From IMG/VR virus record IMGVR_UViG_3300027759_000046, positions 186,001 to 250,000 of that record: a stretch of DNA of 64,000 nt; one strand, 5' to 3'. Shown here in pieces: positions 37,239-45,847 of this stretch. The position numbers were made by a program, and so were the translations under genes. Each line of letters starts with the position of its first letter. The first letter of the stretch is position 1. The notes under the pieces are model-generated. The model did no database searches and had not been told where the DNA came from. It worked only from the letters and a program-made list of their open reading frames with translations.

Positions 37239-37817
37239 TTAAGCTTGCGCTTGGCTAGACTCTTCTTCTTTTAATTTTGCAATTTGATCGTCTAATTCTT
37301 TCATTTCCATGATTGAACTATTTAACGCAACTGCAATTCTAAATACTCGTTGTGCTGCTTCTAATCCTGAACCTCTGTAACGATTCAATAATAGAGCGCA
37401 GGCTTCGATAGCTGACGCTTGAACCGCTGGAGCTTCTGCTTCAAGTTTTAACTTAACCGCCTGTTCAATTCGAGCAACCGTTGATGCAAAACCTAAATAG
37501 CAATTCATCATCATGAACGCTTCATTCGGTCCATTAAATTCAAATTTGCTATTGCACTGATTTTTGATCCATTTAAGATCAGCTAATTCCAAGTTTACTG
37601 CCCAATAGCCAGTACGTTTGTTAATCAATTTTTGAACTTCGCTTAGTTCTTCAACTGGTTCTGGAATACCTCCTTCTTCTTGTGGGATTTCCATGTCAAT
37701 GCTTGGCTCCATTACCTCTTCGGTCGGTTGTTCCATTGCCTCATCAGTAGGCTGTTCAATAGTTACTGCAACGTCTTCGATCAAAGCGTCTGTAACAAGG
37801 GTGTTTTGTTCTGTCAT
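37239..37817 (-). CDS. hypothetical protein
   Basis: 192 aa; acidic N-terminal EQPT repeats. Confidence 0.7.
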   Translation of the reverse strand: MTEQNTLVTDALIEDVAVTIEQPTDEAMEQPTEEVMEPSIDMEIPQEEGGIPEPVEELSEVQKLINKRTGYWAVNLELADLKWIKNQCNSKFEFNGPNEAFMMMNCYLGFASTVARIEQAVKLKLEAEAPAVQASAIEACALLLNRYRGSGLEAAQRVFRIAVALNSSIMEMKELDDQIAKLKEEESSQAQA

Positions 37818-37866
37818 GTGTATAAATTATTGTTTAGTAAATTTTACTCAAAAAGATTCGCAAGTT

Positions 37867-38346
37867 TTAGCGAAGGCGATCTAAAATTATGCGCTGGGAC
37901 GCAGAAACGTGTGTGTATGCCTCTTCGACATCCATAAAACCTGCCCAGTCAAGTTCTTCAAGCTGAAGTTGTTCTTTTGGAACACGTAAGCCAGTCAAGC
38001 CGATTTCAGATAGCTCAGAGATTCTGCAAACCAGATAATGAATGTTATTCTTGAATTTAGTCCCGCTCCAAACTTCGGCAGTTTGTATGGCAGGTTCAAC
38101 TTGGTCTTGGCGAATCCGAAGACCTGTCTCCTCAAATGTTTCGCGAAACGCTGCTTCTTCTGGAGATTCTCCATCTTCCATTTTTCCCTTGGGAATTCCC
38201 ATAGTGGGTTTAACCCAACTTGAATTAGTTGGATGCACCAATAGGATCATAGGTTTTTGAGTGTCAGCTGGTGTATAAACTATTGCAATACCTGCCGAAT
38301 CAGATCGCTTCTTAGGCTTTGTGAAATTATCGAAAGTATCAATCAT
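37867..38346 (-). CDS. NUDIX hydrolase
   Basis: PKGKMEDGESPEEAAFRETFEETGL Nudix box. Confidence 0.92.
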   Translation of the reverse strand: MIDTFDNFTKPKKRSDSAGIAIVYTPADTQKPMILLVHPTNSSWVKPTMGIPKGKMEDGESPEEAAFRETFEETGLRIRQDQVEPAIQTAEVWSGTKFKNNIHYLVCRISELSEIGLTGLRVPKEQLQLEELDWAGFMDVEEAYTHVSASQRIILDRLR

Positions 38347-38536
38347 TTGAATTATTATCTAGAAATCGTTGACGATATATTGCGTTCTTTACTTGGTCTC
38401 GACGCTTAACGCTAGGCTTCTTAAATTCTTTTCTATCTCTTAACTCAGTTAGAGTTTTAGTTTTACTGAATTTCTTTTTTAAAACCTTTAGAGCTCGGTC
38501 GATCGAGCCAATTTCTTGTACGTTAACTAATAGCAT
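38339..38536 (-). CDS. rpsU: 30S ribosomal protein bS21 (phage-encoded)
   Basis: SIDRALKVLKKKFSKTKTLTELRDRKEFKKPSVKRR..AIYRQ, Bacteroidota-like. Confidence 0.9.
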   Translation of the reverse strand: MLLVNVQEIGSIDRALKVLKKKFSKTKTLTELRDRKEFKKPSVKRRDQVKNAIYRQRFLDNNSND

Positions 38537-39268
38537 TTATAGAATGTATGGGCATTTTTTCAAAACTTCTTCTCTATTAATATACTCATTTAGATAAGTT
38601 TTGACAAAATTATTTTGGATTTTATGTTTGTACCAAGTAGGAAGAGGTCCAATATACGATTCGAATACTCTAAAATATAGATCAACTAGTTCAGGCCGAT
38701 TTAATTTAAAATTCTCCATCGCTAATAATACCGGACCAGACTCTCCGAGTCCAATTCTGAATCTACTAAAATTAGAGTTAATTTTTGAATTTATTGATTC
38801 AGTAAGTTCGTTAAGCTGATCACGATACGGTAATCGGTCCATGTCTAAATGAACTGGTGTACCGTCAATTATTTGTCGAGCTCCAAATATTTTACCACGG
38901 TGTGCAGCTATTTGAATTTGATTTTCGAATTTAGGTTTAGTAAAGTAAAGTGAGCCCTTTGGAATAGGAGTCGTATTTACGTGTCTAAATGTCTGAAATG
39001 TTTTGATTTCTGAAATTGGAGAAACTACTGTAATTGGTGTCTTTAATTTCCTTGCTCCAAATTTATTGGAAACAGCCTTTGGAATAAAAGGAGAGCCTGC
39101 AAGTCTACTGAAAACTTGATGAGTTGAAAAATCATTTGGCGAAACTTCGACTGCTACTTCTGAATCATCATCACCGTATAGTTCCGGCATATCATGATTT
39201 TCACCAATTAGTTTAATTCGTTTTGAATAAGTATCGTATACTTGAAAATCGTCAAATTTCTTTATCAT
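38537..39268 (-). CDS. hypothetical protein, possibly a degenerate ATP-grasp
   Basis: Leader MIKKFDDF; PFIPKAV...LKTPI resembles the ATP-grasp B-domain entry, but catalytic residues are not evident. Confidence 0.5.
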   Translation of the reverse strand: MIKKFDDFQVYDTYSKRIKLIGENHDMPELYGDDDSEVAVEVSPNDFSTHQVFSRLAGSPFIPKAVSNKFGARKLKTPITVVSPISEIKTFQTFRHVNTTPIPKGSLYFTKPKFENQIQIAAHRGKIFGARQIIDGTPVHLDMDRLPYRDQLNELTESINSKINSNFSRFRIGLGESGPVLLAMENFKLNRPELVDLYFRVFESYIGPLPTWYKHKIQNNFVKTYLNEYINREEVLKKCPYIL

Positions 39269-41643
39269 TATCTACGGGTGATTAATTTACCAATCTTGAA
39301 AAATGATTCTTTTAATTCTAGACTGTTATCGCCTATGTGAAGCAATGCTTCAGATGGCACGGTGTCTTCGTTCCAGTGAGTTAGAACTTCTGATCGGATT
39401 TTAGATTTATCAGTTGATTCTATTTCTCCAGCCTTTTCCATCTTATCTAGCGTTGCATCGAGCCTAGACTCGCTTGACTCGTTTGGATAGTACGATCCCT
39501 TTGAACCATTGTCAATGTAAACATCTGAGAAGTAGGCTTTAAGTAATGGATTTGCTTCGCTTAATGGATGCTGCGCATCAATATTAGAGTCTTCGCCTAA
39601 TTGTTTTAGGATACTTGCTTCATATTCATTAAGTCCAGATTCTTCCCATTCTTCAGGAGTTGTTAAATTCGTAACCGGCTTACTTGAATCAATATGTGGC
39701 TGTTTAATTACACAGCCAGTTGCAGCTTGAGCAACTGAAGCACTTCCTAAACATGGATTAGTTGAAGTTTTTATGTCTTCTGCTAATTTGTGAGTATCTT
39801 CTTTAGTCTTCTCTATTTGTCCCATTAGAGCTTCATAGCCTTCAGGATTTGCCTCTTTAAATTTTGCAAGATCTTCTGGAGTTACTTCGCTTCCAACCTT
39901 TTCCATATATGAAGTTTCGGTCTCTATTACAATATTTGATAGCATTTCGTTTGTTGCTGCTAAATTCAAGGTAATTTCGCCGGCTTTATCAGCAGCAGTC
40001 GATTTAACTTTATTTAGCGCGTCTTCTGGACTGCCAGCTAATAGATATTGAGCACAGCTGCTGCCCTTTAGGAAAGCCTTAAGAATGAATACTATAAAAG
40101 CTCTACCGCTAATTCCACGATAGGCAAGTTTACCCGTAAATTTTGCAAGATCCGCCTGAATTTTTCCAAGATTTTGAGTTCCTTTAATTAGGAGTTCCGG
40201 TGCTTCTTTAAATATAGCGGCAGTCTTAGCAACGTTAGGCGAGACCAATTTATTAAGTTTCGGATTTGTAATTACCTCGTCTAATATTTTAGATACGGCA
40301 GTTGAATCACCAGCTTTAATTGCGTCAGCTAAAGCTTTGTCACCAATCTTTGAGCCAGACTTGCTAAGTTCAGCAACGATTTCTGGAGATTTTAGCAATT
40401 CGCTTAAACTCTTTCCACTGATTTGACCTTCTTTAGCTAAGATATTCCCAACTAATTTTTCGGTCATTGCACCTTGAATGTACATTTTTTGAATTGAGTC
40501 AGACGCGCCATTCTTCATAATCGCTTTGAAGCCGTCTGACATAATAATCTCGGCCTGCATTGCTTTATTAAATCCTGGAATATCGGCAAATTTTGCTCCG
40601 ATTTTCTCAGCATCAGCCGTGACAACACCAGCAGCTTTTGAAGCATCGGTTGCAGCAACTGCAGCCTTTTCTCCACTTGCAACAATTTTAGCGTCTTCTT
40701 TCATTAAGAGTTCGCCAGCTTCAGTCGCGCCTTTTCCAAAAGATGTCATCTTTAGAGCAAGCTCATCGATCCATTTAATTAGTCCAGCAGGTTTTGGAAT
40801 AAGTCCAAAACTTACTTTATTGATTGCGGTTCCGATAAAATCAGCAATTCCACGAATCACCTTAAGAGCAGAGGTTGTAATAAATTCGCCAAGCCCTCTT
40901 AGTGCTTTACCCATGGTTTCTATAATTCCACCTGATGCTTTCGCGGCTGCATCAATTTCAAGAGCGCCAGTTTTGAAAGCCATTGTCTCTGCTTTAATTG
41001 CAGCAGTTTCGCCTTTCCATAAAACTGCAAATAGTTTTTCTCCGATTTTTGCAAAAGGCTTGATAATACCCTTTAGCGTTCCACCAATTACTTGGCCGAA
41101 TCCTGGAATTGCAATAACTAAGTTAAGGCAACCAATTAGATAATTTCCACGATAGAAAGAGATTGCTGCATTTAATAAGTTAGCGACGGTGTCAATTGGA
41201 ATACCTGCCCAAGAGAATGGAATAAGTCCAATAATGTCTAGGACGAATTGTAGGATCCCGATTGCTGAACCTCCTTCGGTCATCATCATTACAAAATCCT
41301 TAATCATACCTAATAAACCTTCGTTTATGGAGTTAACACTGTTTAGAGTGTCTCGGTATGAGCCTTCTAGAGTTAAGAAGACTGGATTGTAGCCATACTG
41401 AATTAGGAGATTTTCTGCAGCATTAGCCTCTTCGATTGTGTCGAATCTATCTAATAATTCAAGTTGATGATTTAGGATAGCATCTGCTTCCTGTGTGGTA
41501 CGTGGAGAGTATTGAGTTAGGGTGAGAGTACTTAGGTTTTCCCAAAGTTCAACTGGGACAGCCATTATTGATTCTCGTAGAGAAGTTATTCTAGGGTCTT
41601 CGTTAGTACCAAAGAACTCCTCTGCTGAAGATATGTATTTCAT
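39268..41643 (-). CDS. large protein with pre-toxin TG-like hydrophobic segment
   Basis: LDIIGLIP...DTVANLLNAAISFYRGNYLIGCLNLVIAIPGFG; leader MKYISSAEEF; AATAAATA at 41664(-). Confidence 0.6.
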   Translation of the reverse strand: MKYISSAEEFFGTNEDPRITSLRESIMAVPVELWENLSTLTLTQYSPRTTQEADAILNHQLELLDRFDTIEEANAAENLLIQYGYNPVFLTLEGSYRDTLNSVNSINEGLLGMIKDFVMMMTEGGSAIGILQFVLDIIGLIPFSWAGIPIDTVANLLNAAISFYRGNYLIGCLNLVIAIPGFGQVIGGTLKGIIKPFAKIGEKLFAVLWKGETAAIKAETMAFKTGALEIDAAAKASGGIIETMGKALRGLGEFITTSALKVIRGIADFIGTAINKVSFGLIPKPAGLIKWIDELALKMTSFGKGATEAGELLMKEDAKIVASGEKAAVAATDASKAAGVVTADAEKIGAKFADIPGFNKAMQAEIIMSDGFKAIMKNGASDSIQKMYIQGAMTEKLVGNILAKEGQISGKSLSELLKSPEIVAELSKSGSKIGDKALADAIKAGDSTAVSKILDEVITNPKLNKLVSPNVAKTAAIFKEAPELLIKGTQNLGKIQADLAKFTGKLAYRGISGRAFIVFILKAFLKGSSCAQYLLAGSPEDALNKVKSTAADKAGEITLNLAATNEMLSNIVIETETSYMEKVGSEVTPEDLAKFKEANPEGYEALMGQIEKTKEDTHKLAEDIKTSTNPCLGSASVAQAATGCVIKQPHIDSSKPVTNLTTPEEWEESGLNEYEASILKQLGEDSNIDAQHPLSEANPLLKAYFSDVYIDNGSKGSYYPNESSESRLDATLDKMEKAGEIESTDKSKIRSEVLTHWNEDTVPSEALLHIGDNSLELKESFFKIGKLITRR

Positions 41644-41669
41644 TAAAACTAGTCACTTTTTATTATTTA

Positions 41670-42731
41670 TTAGAGACGACTAGCTATTTGGGTTAGAATT
41701 TTATAGTAATCACCACGAGAGCAATCTGATATAAATTTACAGATTTCGAAGAAATCGTCAACTGTCTCAAATGACATTGCTGGATGAAATCTTGAATCTT
41801 TATATGAAACTGGAATTGTTCCAAAAATGACCGATTCATAAACTCTTGCTGGAATAAATCCTTCTTTTAGATATAGATCTTTGCTGACATTTACTGAGAC
41901 TTGCGCAAATTGCATATTTTCCCAAATACTAGTTCGGTTATCTCTTGGACATAGTGAGACTCTAGTAAGGTTGCCAATCCAGTTTTCCAAAGTTTGATCA
42001 GATTTTGCAGCAACCATCATGCTAAACGGGCTACCGTCGAATTTGCTAGTGCTGTCAATTTCAGAAATAATATCATTGATGATTGGATTCTTGGAATGAC
42101 CTTCTTTATAATTATCAAATGATAAGTTTCCATAATACATGATATAGTTTGGAGCCTTATTTGAGAATTTTTCATGTACGTCTAAACATGCGTCCATAAA
42201 TTCTTTACTGCAACCTGGCATTGTAATTGATGGAATTTGACGACTTATGCCTAATTCTGAAATCGTACGCAGAAAACTTGGAGATAGGGAAAGATCTGTG
42301 TCTAGGATAACGATATCAGCTGGATCATATCCTGAGCTAAGGGCAAGTTCGATAATTCTCTCAAAATAAGCAGCATCTCTTAATTTCTTTTGTAGAGTCG
42401 AAAGATTTCTGAAACGAGCCTTTAAGAATAATTTTGAATATTTCTTATTTCGAATATTTTCAATGACTTGGCTTTGGCCTATTTGATATGTCTCGAGCAA
42501 TTTATTTGAGAACTTATTAAAGACTTCGCCTAATTTATCATTTGGAAACATTGGTCGCAGTAGCGAGTCTCCATCAGTATGTAGATAATTTACAAAATCA
42601 AATTTTTCAACTGAGTATTTCTTTGAGAGTTCGTCAATTAATCCGAGTTGATAAAAAGTATGACCTGGAATGTTATCGTCGAATATTCCTAATTGGCCAA
42701 AATAGGCGTAGAGTGCTTTGTTCGTTTCCAT
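41670..42731 (-). CDS. GT-B glycosyltransferase-like protein
   Basis: MYYGN and FIPARVYESVIFGTIPV resemble the GT-B C-terminal R.(Y/F)E motif. Confidence 0.55.
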   Translation of the reverse strand: METNKALYAYFGQLGIFDDNIPGHTFYQLGLIDELSKKYSVEKFDFVNYLHTDGDSLLRPMFPNDKLGEVFNKFSNKLLETYQIGQSQVIENIRNKKYSKLFLKARFRNLSTLQKKLRDAAYFERIIELALSSGYDPADIVILDTDLSLSPSFLRTISELGISRQIPSITMPGCSKEFMDACLDVHEKFSNKAPNYIMYYGNLSFDNYKEGHSKNPIINDIISEIDSTSKFDGSPFSMMVAAKSDQTLENWIGNLTRVSLCPRDNRTSIWENMQFAQVSVNVSKDLYLKEGFIPARVYESVIFGTIPVSYKDSRFHPAMSFETVDDFFEICKFISDCSRGDYYKILTQIASRL

Positions 42732-43108
42732 AATACGTATTTTACTAGAACACCGTCATTTGGTTCTATGTCAATTCTGTTATTGTAAAAAATATCCCAA
42801 GAGTCTGCGGCATACTGACCAATTCCGTATAATTCTCGTGGATGTTGCCAATCCGATTCAGACCATTCAGTACTAAATCGGATTAGAGCTTTCGCTCTGC
42901 GATTATAAAAACCAAGTGGACGAAGTAGTTCTGATAATTCTTGAGGATCTGCCTGCGACATTGCTATTGCAGTTGGATACCTTTCAAAAAGTTCAGCTCT
43001 AATTCCGTCCACTTGTACTCTTCTAGTACAGTTCAGGAGAATACAACAGACTTGGGATTTCCAAGGATCGTCATGATAAATCTCCTGAAGTAGTTCGAAT
43101 GGGCTCAT
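42689..43108 (-). CDS. MBD4-like HhH DNA glycosylase
   Basis: DPWK..CCILLNCT...ELLRPLGFYNRRAK..IRFS..W...W..P.ELYGIGQYAADSWDIF parallels the MBD4 catalytic domain. Confidence 0.85.
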   Translation of the reverse strand: MSPFELLQEIYHDDPWKSQVCCILLNCTRRVQVDGIRAELFERYPTAIAMSQADPQELSELLRPLGFYNRRAKALIRFSTEWSESDWQHPRELYGIGQYAADSWDIFYNNRIDIEPNDGVLVKYVLWKRTKHSTPILAN

Positions 43109-43909
43109 TTACACGTTTTTAAATCCGGCAAAGTGAGTAATAAAATGCTTGTTTGTTCCAGCACTGCGGTTAACAAAAATTCTGTCGAAATTGTTTTCCA
43201 TAATTGACATTACTTCGTTAAATTTCTCAGAACGATTTTCCAATAGCCAGCTGTAATGAAAATGGTATTCAACAATGAATAGTTTAATATGACTCCAGTC
43301 AGTAATTGACTTGATCATCTCGTATTCCATACCTTCAATATCCATCTTGACACAATTGACTTTCTTTAATACGTCATTGATATTTTCAGCCGGCACAGTT
43401 ACAACCTTACGACCTTTTACTGGATGGACAGAGTGTTTACCTGAATCTTGTGATAAGAAGAACTCTACTTCAGATTCATGGCCTGGGACAATCGCCTTTT
43501 CGATAATCTCGCAACGGCCCTGTACTCCATTCATTTCTAAATTTTGTTGAGCAAACTCGACATTATTATGAAACGGTTCGTAAGAGTAAACTTTCTTGAT
43601 TTTTGGGAATTGGGTTAGCAAACGAGTTGCAAAGATACCAATATGAGCACCTGCGTCTAACCATGTATCTTCTTGATTAAGATCTTCAAGAGTTAATGGA
43701 TTACCGTCCTGTGCATAGTGGGGTAAAAATAGGGGCTTAAAATACTCTCCGCCAGTCGGCTTCATTGAGATATTTTGAGATACATTGAACTTTATTTCAT
43801 CTTCTGAACGAACTAGAAATTGATATTCATGATATTTTGTTTTCTTTTCGAAAACTTGAAGGGTGCCTGCTTCGCGAGCTTCTTCAATCGAGCATAATAC
43901 GTCTGCCAT
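43109..43909 (-). CDS. FkbM family SAM-dependent methyltransferase
   Basis: WLDAGAHIGIF, YSYEP, VKMDIEGMEY, VEYH. Confidence 0.88.
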   Translation of the reverse strand: MADVLCSIEEAREAGTLQVFEKKTKYHEYQFLVRSEDEIKFNVSQNISMKPTGGEYFKPLFLPHYAQDGNPLTLEDLNQEDTWLDAGAHIGIFATRLLTQFPKIKKVYSYEPFHNNVEFAQQNLEMNGVQGRCEIIEKAIVPGHESEVEFFLSQDSGKHSVHPVKGRKVVTVPAENINDVLKKVNCVKMDIEGMEYEMIKSITDWSHIKLFIVEYHFHYSWLLENRSEKFNEVMSIMENNFDRIFVNRSAGTNKHFITHFAGFKNV

Positions 43910-43942
43910 TGTCTAAATAGTGTTTAGACTATTATACTACAA

Positions 43943-44200
43943 TTACTTATCTTGGTCTAAATCAAATGGAGTATCTTGAATAGAAAGTTTCTTATCGTCA
44001 CTTTGGCTTACACCAGATAGTTGATAATCAGTATCCTTTGGCTTTTCAAGTTTTTCGATATCAGCACCTTTGACTCTGAGCATTTTATTGTCAGCAGTCA
44101 TTATTTGATAAACTCCATTAATTGGGTCAGTCCCAACTATTCTGCCTGAACGACCGTCATTCAATACAATTCGATTACCGACTTTGTATTTAGAGGCCAT
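43943..44200 (-). CDS. small SH3/KOW-like protein
   Basis: YKVGNRIVLNDGRSGRIVG. Confidence 0.55.
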   Translation of the reverse strand: MASKYKVGNRIVLNDGRSGRIVGTDPINGVYQIMTADNKMLRVKGADIEKLEKPKDTDYQLSGVSQSDDKKLSIQDTPFDLDQDK

Positions 44201-44232
44201 TGCTGAGACTAGAGTAATATCCTCAGACTCAT

Positions 44233-45771
44233 TTAAGCTTTTTTTTTGGACTGATCTAAAGAGATGTAATGGTTTCTTAGAGAATTTACATTTTTCTCAA
44301 TTGAAACTTTTAAATCGCCAAGCTGTGTTTGATATTCAGCTGAAAGACTTGAATCTTTAAGAGCCTCTTCTAATTGGGTGATTGAATTCTCCAATTTAGC
44401 TAGGTCTTTCTCAACTAATTTTTTCTCTTCGTCAATTTTACGAAGATTTTTTTCGCGCTCTTCAAGTTCAATTGCATAAAGCTCGCTAACGTCATAGTTG
44501 AAATTTTCCATAACGTAATTGTGGAATGCTAGGCCTTCCATTTTCTTGATAATACGGTTGTTTGCGTATTTTTCAAAAACGTATAGAGTTTCGCCCATTG
44601 TAAATACAATAGAATCTGCGTTTAGTCTTTCATTTACTAATTTCTTAGCAAACTCTAAGTTAACGATCATGTCTAATCCTCTGAATAGAGTAGTTAATTT
44701 AGAACGAGTTTCGATCTGTTCCATTAAGAAGATTTCAGATAATTCAACTTTACTTAAGTCTTCAACAATTGAACCGTTGATTTTTAAGTATAGATTACCT
44801 GATTCATTGATTGCGAATGAAACCTTTAAACCTCTACCGTTAGATACGATTTCAGTTTCTTTCTCTTGGAAATTTAAAGCTGCGAAAGCTTCACATACTT
44901 CAAAGAAATCTGGATATTCTGCAACTTCTTCTGCCGTAACTTGTGAAGGGTCTTGATCTTCTTGCAATTTGATAAATTTATTATCAACGTAAACAATTGC
45001 TGCTGATTCAGAAATTTTGTAGAACGGAGCGATTATTGACTTAACTTTAGCGTCACCATTTCCTACACCGATATTAAATTTACCTTGATCCTTTGCCTCA
45101 ACCATGCTTAGAGTGTTAATCAAACGAGTAACAGTAGGCATTGATGGTTTTCCACGCAATTTCATTTTAATTACGTCAGCTGAGAAAGTATTTTCTAAAA
45201 GACAGTTTTCTAATTCAATGATTGATTCGCGGTAAAGTACTGCGCCAGTTTGTCTCATTTCAAAGATTGCATTAATAACTTCTAACTTTGCACGATTTTC
45301 GTTAACGTATTCTGTTAGCTCAGTCAAAGTTGACATAACATTCTTGTTATAAGAGTATTTACCTAAGCTTTCCAAAACGGTACCAATTACTCTAAATTCC
45401 GGAAGAGCAGCTAGTTTCTGTTCAATTAACGAAATTGTGTATTTGAAAGTTGGATCTTTGTATAATTTAGATTCTTTAAGAGCCTTTACTTTTAAAGATA
45501 GCCCAGCCTCTTTTGCCATATTCTGAAGGCGTTGAGTTGGTTTTTCTCCAAGTTTTCTAAATTTAGCAACGACTTCTTTAAGATTTTCATTTAAAGTAGC
45601 AGTAGCTAGCTCAGATAGAGTTACTAGGGAATTTTCTAAAATTTCTTCAGATGGAACTCCTAATAGTGTAGAGTTGTTTATAGATTCGAGCACAACTTTT
45701 ACTGCAACGCTATCCTTAACGTTTGGGTTAGATTTTAGCTCTAAGGTTAATTCTTGTATGAGACTGTTCAT
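44233..45771 (-). CDS. hypothetical structural protein with C-terminal coiled coil
   Basis: 512 aa; AATAAATA at 45794(-). Confidence 0.7.
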   Translation of the reverse strand: MNSLIQELTLELKSNPNVKDSVAVKVVLESINNSTLLGVPSEEILENSLVTLSELATATLNENLKEVVAKFRKLGEKPTQRLQNMAKEAGLSLKVKALKESKLYKDPTFKYTISLIEQKLAALPEFRVIGTVLESLGKYSYNKNVMSTLTELTEYVNENRAKLEVINAIFEMRQTGAVLYRESIIELENCLLENTFSADVIKMKLRGKPSMPTVTRLINTLSMVEAKDQGKFNIGVGNGDAKVKSIIAPFYKISESAAIVYVDNKFIKLQEDQDPSQVTAEEVAEYPDFFEVCEAFAALNFQEKETEIVSNGRGLKVSFAINESGNLYLKINGSIVEDLSKVELSEIFLMEQIETRSKLTTLFRGLDMIVNLEFAKKLVNERLNADSIVFTMGETLYVFEKYANNRIIKKMEGLAFHNYVMENFNYDVSELYAIELEEREKNLRKIDEEKKLVEKDLAKLENSITQLEEALKDSSLSAEYQTQLGDLKVSIEKNVNSLRNHYISLDQSKKKA

Positions 45772-45847
45772 TGAACTGGGTGTCTTTTTTTGTTATTTAT
45801 TTGGCACGTTCGCTAACTTTATTTATCTATGAACGACTATTGTTATT

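Noticed and set aside
40526-41143. long antisense ORFs (e.g. 40526..41143+, 44519..44956+, 35355..35738+, 31097..31432+)
   Set aside because: They lie entirely opposite well-supported genes and read as antisense shadows with no motifs.
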